Source of the DNA: Octopus vulgaris
Lineage: Eukaryota
Length of the DNA: 64,000 nucleotides
Direction of reading: 5' to 3'
Assembly (NCBI GenBank): GCA_951406725.2
Contig: OX597835.1
Coordinates: 39,556,001 to 39,620,000 of the forward strand
In this document: piece after piece, positions 55,232 through 64,000 of the stretch
Position numbering within the stretch: position 1 is the first letter of the stretch
How the letters are laid out: each line of letters opens with the position of its first letter
Notes under the pieces: generated by a model
Database searches by the model: none
What the model saw: only the letters and a program-made list of their open reading frames with translations
Told to the model about the DNA's origin: nothing
Made by a program: the position numbers and the translations under genes

Positions 55232-55566
55232 ACAACCCCTTCGGTCATCAATGACCATAGAATTGCACCTAGCAAGTTACCCTAGACACAAGTTCAGGCA
55301 AAGTTGTTTATGGAAGACCAACTGTTGTCCATGCATACCAGCCTCCTGTTCTGCACGCCACCGATGTTATCCAAGAGAAAGGCAAAGGGGCCGATACAGC
55401 TTGGCACCAGTGACGTCGCAACTCGTTTCTACAGCTGAGTGAACTGGAGCAATGTGAAATAAAGTGTCTTGCTCAAAAAACACAATATACAGCCCGGTCC
55501 TGGAATCGAACCCACTACCTCATGATTGTGAACCCAACGCTCTAACCACTAAGCCGTGTGCCTTCA
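55232..55566 (-). mobile_element. SINE family D with tail type X
   Basis: Homologous to 1920-2245. Confidence 0.8.
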
Positions 55567-56060
55567 AAATGTCCAGAAGTGGATAATGATGAGGAAAATA
55601 CGGTGGTCAGACTTGCGAGTTTCTCCCAATGTAACAAAAAATGTCGTTATTGCTGTTATTGTTCAGCACCAGGTGGCCAACTGGTAGAATCACTTTTGCA
55701 CCGAACAAAATGCCTAGTGACATCACTTCCGGTTTTACTTTCTGAGTTCAAACCACACTGAGACCAACTATTCTTTTCCTTCTCCCGGGGTGTCGATGAA
55801 TTAAAGTACAAATCGAACATTGAGGTCGATGTAATTGACTTTTCCCCCACTCCCCCTCATAATTGCTGGCTTCATGTCAAGAGTAGAAAGAATTGCTTAA
55901 TGGCAGGTTAATCTTGATCGAACACAATTATGAACAAAACCACGTCCCAACCATGACCATCAAGTCTTTTTCTACATCAAGAACTTTTTATTGGTCAGTG
56001 TAATTTTCACATACTTTTGCAGTCGTTGCTGCTATTGTTATTGTTGGTGGTTGCTGTTGC

Positions 56061-56429
56061 GGTCGAGCGAATGGTCTTCGTCCCAGAGCTCGCAAGATGG
56101 GAGAAGTCCGAAACGTGACCCTTTGCTATTCGTAAGACCCGCATAAGAGAAAGCAGGTCAACCCCGACACCGAGAGCATCGACGGATCGATGAATGCACA
56201 TCCAGGCTCAGCGGTTGCGTAGGAAGTCGGGGACAAGAAACAGGAAGAAAGAGTGAGAGAAAGTTGGGGTGAAAGAGTACAACAGGGGTCACCACCACCC
56301 CCTGCCGGAGCGTCGTGGAGCTTTAGGTGTTTTCGCTTAGTAAACACACACAACGACCGGTCTGGGAATCGAAACCGCCATCCTCCGTCCGCGAGTCCGC
56401 TGCCCTAACCATTGGGTCATTGGGCCTCC
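56061..56429 (-). mobile_element. SINE family C with a third, unrelated tail
   Basis: Family C head and body at 56235-56429 plus a distinct tail of about 175 bp. TGTTGGTGGTTGCTGTTGC occurs on both sides. Confidence 0.8.
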
Positions 56430-56685
56430 TGTTGTTGCTGTTGGTGGTTGCTGTTGCTGTTGTTAAGCAACAAGACAGGTAAGGGTGATTAGGTGATGGT
56501 CTAGGGCTTAGGAGCGGGAGGTCCCAGACATTGGAAAAATAAAACTTTGGTCGTCTTGTTGTAGTCGAGGGCTCTTCGTTGACGCCCAACACCACTGGGA
56601 GGTGGCCCTCGAAGTCGCTGGAAATGGAGATCTCCAGCTACAAATTCTTGAACGGCTGCTGCTTCTGCTGCTGCTTCTGCTGCTG

Positions 56686-56809
<124 letters not shown>

Positions 56810-56843
56810 TAATAACAACAACAACAACAACAACAACAATAAC

Positions 56844-56882
<39 letters not shown>

Positions 56883-56886
<4 letters not shown>

Positions 56887-57432
56887 GCCCTGATGCAGTA
56901 CCAGGCAGTGGCTCTCATGGCTTCTGATCTTAACTGATTGGAAGTGTTATCATGTACATTGTTTTGTCTTGGTATAAAAGATGGGCTACAGCAAATATTC
57001 TGCTCAATACCACAGATTTGCTTGTCAGTTGTTTGACCTTAATCAGTTGAGCATGTCCCTTAGTGGCTGACAATATGTGCATCTCTGATCACGAGCTGAA
57101 GTAGTGGGGGAGCATCATAGCCATGTGTTGAGAGGGATTCTATGGAGTTTGAATAATTCACCTCTGGAAGCATAGGTGTTTCGTTCAACATCCTTATTCA
57201 AGGACCTTTTGAGCGCGATGGGTTACTCGACCAGAAGAAAATTCTAACTGGGCCCCACCTGCAAGGTCATGCGCTGTTTACCTTGATATGAGATCACCAT
57301 GTCGCGCACACATGGTTGTGATGCATGTGCCTGGTGTACCCTTATCAGACGGGTAGTCATGATGGGTATACTGGGCTTCTTATATTTTACCCCAGTGTCA
57401 CTTTGATGGCATGCACTGCTCTCTCACTCAAC
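56883..57432. mobile_element. About 550-bp non-coding insertion within (TAA)n, possibly the UTR of a TAA-targeting retroelement
   Basis: Complex sequence with sharp boundaries, (TAA)n on both sides and no ORF. Confidence 0.5.
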
Positions 57433-57864
57433 AATAATAATAATAATAATCCTTTCTGCTGGAAGCACATAGCCTAAAATTTGGGGAAAGGGATTAAGTC
57501 GATTACATCGACACCAGTGCGTAACTGGTACTTATTTAATCGACCCCGAAAGGATGACAGGTAAAGTCGACATTGGCGGAATTTGAACTGGTGCTGGTAG
57601 TGCTCGTGGTGATGGTGGTTGTGGTGGTGCTGGTGGTAGTGGTGGTGGTAAAGTCATTGTTGCTATGACAACGTCAGCTGTAGCTTGTGTTGCTGTTACT
57701 ATTATGGTCTTTATTGTTCTTGAAGTTCTTGTGGTTGCAGTTGTTCTTGCTGTCGGTAATTTCTATTTAGCTTCATTCCTTGTTCCTGTTAATAATGTCA
57801 GCATTCTAAGTCTTGTTGTTCTTGGCGTTGTTGTTGCTGCTGCTACTGCTGCTACTGCTGCGGC

Positions 57865-57944
<80 letters not shown>

Positions 57945-58325
57945 TTACTGATGTTATTTCTGCGGTCTAATGTTGTTACAGCTTTTCAGCGTCGTCGTTT
58001 GCTTCCGTCAATGTCCGTCGCCGGTGTCGATGCGCCGAGGTTGTCTCCGTCGTCGTCATCGTCGTCGTCGTCGTTGCTGACGATGTAATCGAGGATGTTG
58101 TTGTTGCTGTTGTTGTTGTTGCTGCCGTTATCTATTCAAAAACGATGTAGGTCTTAACTACCGGAAATGGAGTGAAAAACAAACCAACAAACACAAAATA
58201 AAAATTACCAAAACAAAACAAAAAATTCACATCAATATTCTGGAGACTTCCAACACATAACACCCCTATCACCACCACCAACAACAACAACAATAACAGC
58301 AACACCAGCAGCAGTAGTGGTGGTG

Positions 58326-58370
<45 letters not shown>

Positions 58371-58399
58371 ACTATATTGATATCATTATCGTAACCACC

Positions 58400-60295
<1,896 letters not shown>

Positions 60296-60778
60296 TCAGC
60301 GTCGTGGTCAACATATAACAAATGCCATACCAAAGAAAATATGAATCTAAAATAAAAATAAATAAATATAAAGGGTGGGGGTAGGCAAAAAGGGGTGCTT
60401 ACTTAAACAGACACTCATGTATCTAGTGTGTTGTGTGCGTATATGTGTATATGTATATTTGTGTGTGTTTGTGCGTGTATGTACATATGTGTTTGTATAT
60501 GTATATGTATGTATATATGTGTGTGTGTCTATGTGCGCTTGTGTTAAATATTTATTTGTTTATTGTTTTTGTTTCTTCCATGAAATCTCATCAACTGATA
60601 AGCTCCTTGTCTTCCATCGTATCCACCATATTGTTCCGGTTTTATAATATTTGCTAATACATTCTATGTATATACGCACGTATGAATTTATGTATGTATG
60701 TATATACATGCATACACATACATACATAGACACACACACACACGCATGTATATATGTGCGTATGTATGTATGTATGTT

Positions 60779-60809
<31 letters not shown>

Positions 60810-60810
60810 C

Positions 60811-60864
<54 letters not shown>

Positions 60865-60996
60865 TATACACACAAACACACGCATACCGAAATAAGTCTA
60901 TCCCCAGCGATTAAATTTGTCCTGCTATAAACTGTATACGGCAATTTAGAGCGTAATTGGCAGTGGAATAAATACAAACTTCACGCCTTTTATGTA

Positions 60997-62350
<1,354 letters not shown>

Positions 62351-62367
62351 TTTATATATATATTTAT

Positions 62368-62492
62368 AGTCGCAGGAGTGGCTGTGCGGTAAGTAGCTTG
62401 CTACCAACCACATGGTTCCGAGTTCAGTTCCACTGCGTGGCATCTTGGGCAAGTGTCTTCTGCTGGTAGACGGAAACTGAAAGAAGCCCGTC

Positions 62493-62524
<32 letters not shown>

Positions 62525-62912
62525 GTATGTGTGTGTTTGTGTGTCTGTTTTTGTCCCTCTAGCATTGCTTGACAACCGATGCTGGTGTGTTTACGTCCCC
62601 GTAACTTAGCGGTTCGGCAAAATGAAATACGAAAACAAGACGGAAACTGAAAGAAGCCTGTCGTATATATGTATATATATGTATATGTATGTGTGTGTTT
62701 GTGTGTCTGTGTTTGTCCCCCTAGCATTGCTTGACAACCGATGCTGGTGTGTTTACGTCCCCGTCACTTAGCGGTTCGGCAAAAGAGACCGATAGAATAA
62801 GTACTGGGCTTACAAAGAATAAGTCCCGGGGTGGATTTGCTCGACTAAAGGCGGTGCTCCAGCATGGCCGCAGTCAAATCACTGAAACAAGCAAAAGAGT
62901 AAAAGAGAATAA
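62368..62912 (+). mobile_element. SINE family A with internal tandem duplication
   Basis: Segment 62470-62620 is repeated at 62639-62785, followed by the full tail. Confidence 0.88.
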
Positions 62913-62984
<72 letters not shown>

Positions 62985-63024
62985 TTATATATGTGTATAT
63001 ATATATACATATATGTATATTTTA

Positions 63025-63415
63025 TGTTTTATTGCTTTATCAGTTTCAGCTCAAATCTGTGGCCATCCTGGGGCACAGCCGTTTTCCTACACTGTTATTA
63101 TTGAGGGCCTCCTCTGCTATGTGGCATTTGGTGAATAAGTGAGTTTGATGTCGCTACCCTCATTTGCACCTCCTGCCGCGAGATAGGTTCACCTGGAACT
63201 CTCAACAGGAAGAGATACAGTTTTAATTTGAAAACACCGACATCCACTTTGTATGGGTTTCTCAGGTTCTTTGAGAGAATACTAAAAAGCTGTGGTCCCC
63301 TGAAACCCAGGCTGTTACAATAACTGGTTCTGAAGCGCGACGGTATTGCTGAGTTCTTTGGCACTGTGCAGTGGCGACCTGTTCCGGCGTTTGTGTAGCT
63401 TTCAATGCCAAATAC
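63025..63415 (-). pseudogene. CR1/L2-group LINE 3' end
   Basis: SLGFRGPQLF.IL...LRN......FKLKL..FL..VP.EP.......ATSNSLIHQ, then a UTR ending GGCTGTGCCCCAGGATGGCCACAG...CTGAAAC. Confidence 0.72.
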
Positions 63416-63432
63416 TAGCGGTGACACTGGCC

Positions 63433-63927
63433 AAGCCTCCGCAAATATATATATTTACAGTGAAATCTATTCACTGGTCACCGTAATTAGAAATATTGAA
63501 TTTCTAAATGTCTCATAGAGACGTGAGCGGTGGTGGAGCGATAGAGTGGTTGCATAATGTCAACATAATGTGACGGTGACCAGTAAATAGATTTCACTGT
63601 AAATATATATATTTGCGGAGGCTTCGCAAGTATCACCGCTAGCGGGGACTCGCTACCCTGGACTGATGACGGGCAAGACCCAGAAACATGCATGTCTTCA
63701 GGTTGCTAGTGCTAGCTGGTGGGGGTGCTTGCCTCCTCCTTTGCAAGTATAAGGACACAGGAAATGTGTCAAAGCCGACAGGAAGCGTCGATGCTTCCTA
63801 GGACTATATTGCGGTGGTGTAATTCCCTTTACGGGACCGTAACGTCATGTTGACATTATGCAACCACTCTATCGCACCACCACCGCTCATGTCTCTATGA
63901 GACATTTAGAAATTCAATATTTCTAAT
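63433..63927 (+). mobile_element. Non-coding HHR element with doubly inverted 5' end
   Basis: Inverted repeats at 63433-63484/63573-63624 and 63486-63577/63836-63927. Ends in (TA)n. Confidence 0.8.
63657..63702 (+). ncRNA. Type-I hammerhead ribozyme
   Basis: CCTGGA-CTGATGA-c-GGG-caaga-CCC-a-GAAA-CATGCATG-TC-TTCAGG: 6-bp stem I (one GU), palindromic stem III, GUC triplet. Confidence 0.85.
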
Positions 63928-63937
63928 ATATATATAT

Positions 63938-64000
<63 letters not shown>

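Noticed and set aside
56090-56120. GCAAGATGGGAGAAGTCCGAAACGT as a hammerhead in the SINE C tail
   Set aside because: There is no CUGA box and the motif is antisense to the SINE.

Overview
AT-rich, microsatellite-saturated eukaryotic non-coding DNA. The repeat repertoire points to an octopus genome (inference, not database-checked). I find no credible host protein-coding exon, RNA gene or CRISPR array, and nearly all ORFs in the track are translations of simple repeats or SINEs. The window holds four families of tRNA-derived SINEs (my labels A-D) with swapped heads and tails. It also has decayed LINE pieces (RTE, R4/Dong-like, CR1/L2-like), a Naiad-type Penelope-like element (PLE) with an internal inversion, a second PLE remnant, two non-autonomous Helitrons and Tc1/mariner, pogo, piggyBac-like and hAT-like remnants. 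Short unique islands rich in homeodomain, Meis and YY1 motifs suggest a gene desert or giant intron. The most notable signal is about a dozen type-I hammerhead ribozyme (HHR) motifs, six of them intact or nearly so, from many unrelated sequence families. Most lie in short non-coding elements inserted next to (TA)n or (TG)n tracts. Several of these elements have terminal direct redundancy or inverted ends, consistent with a diverse population of mini-PLE or retrozyme-like elements.
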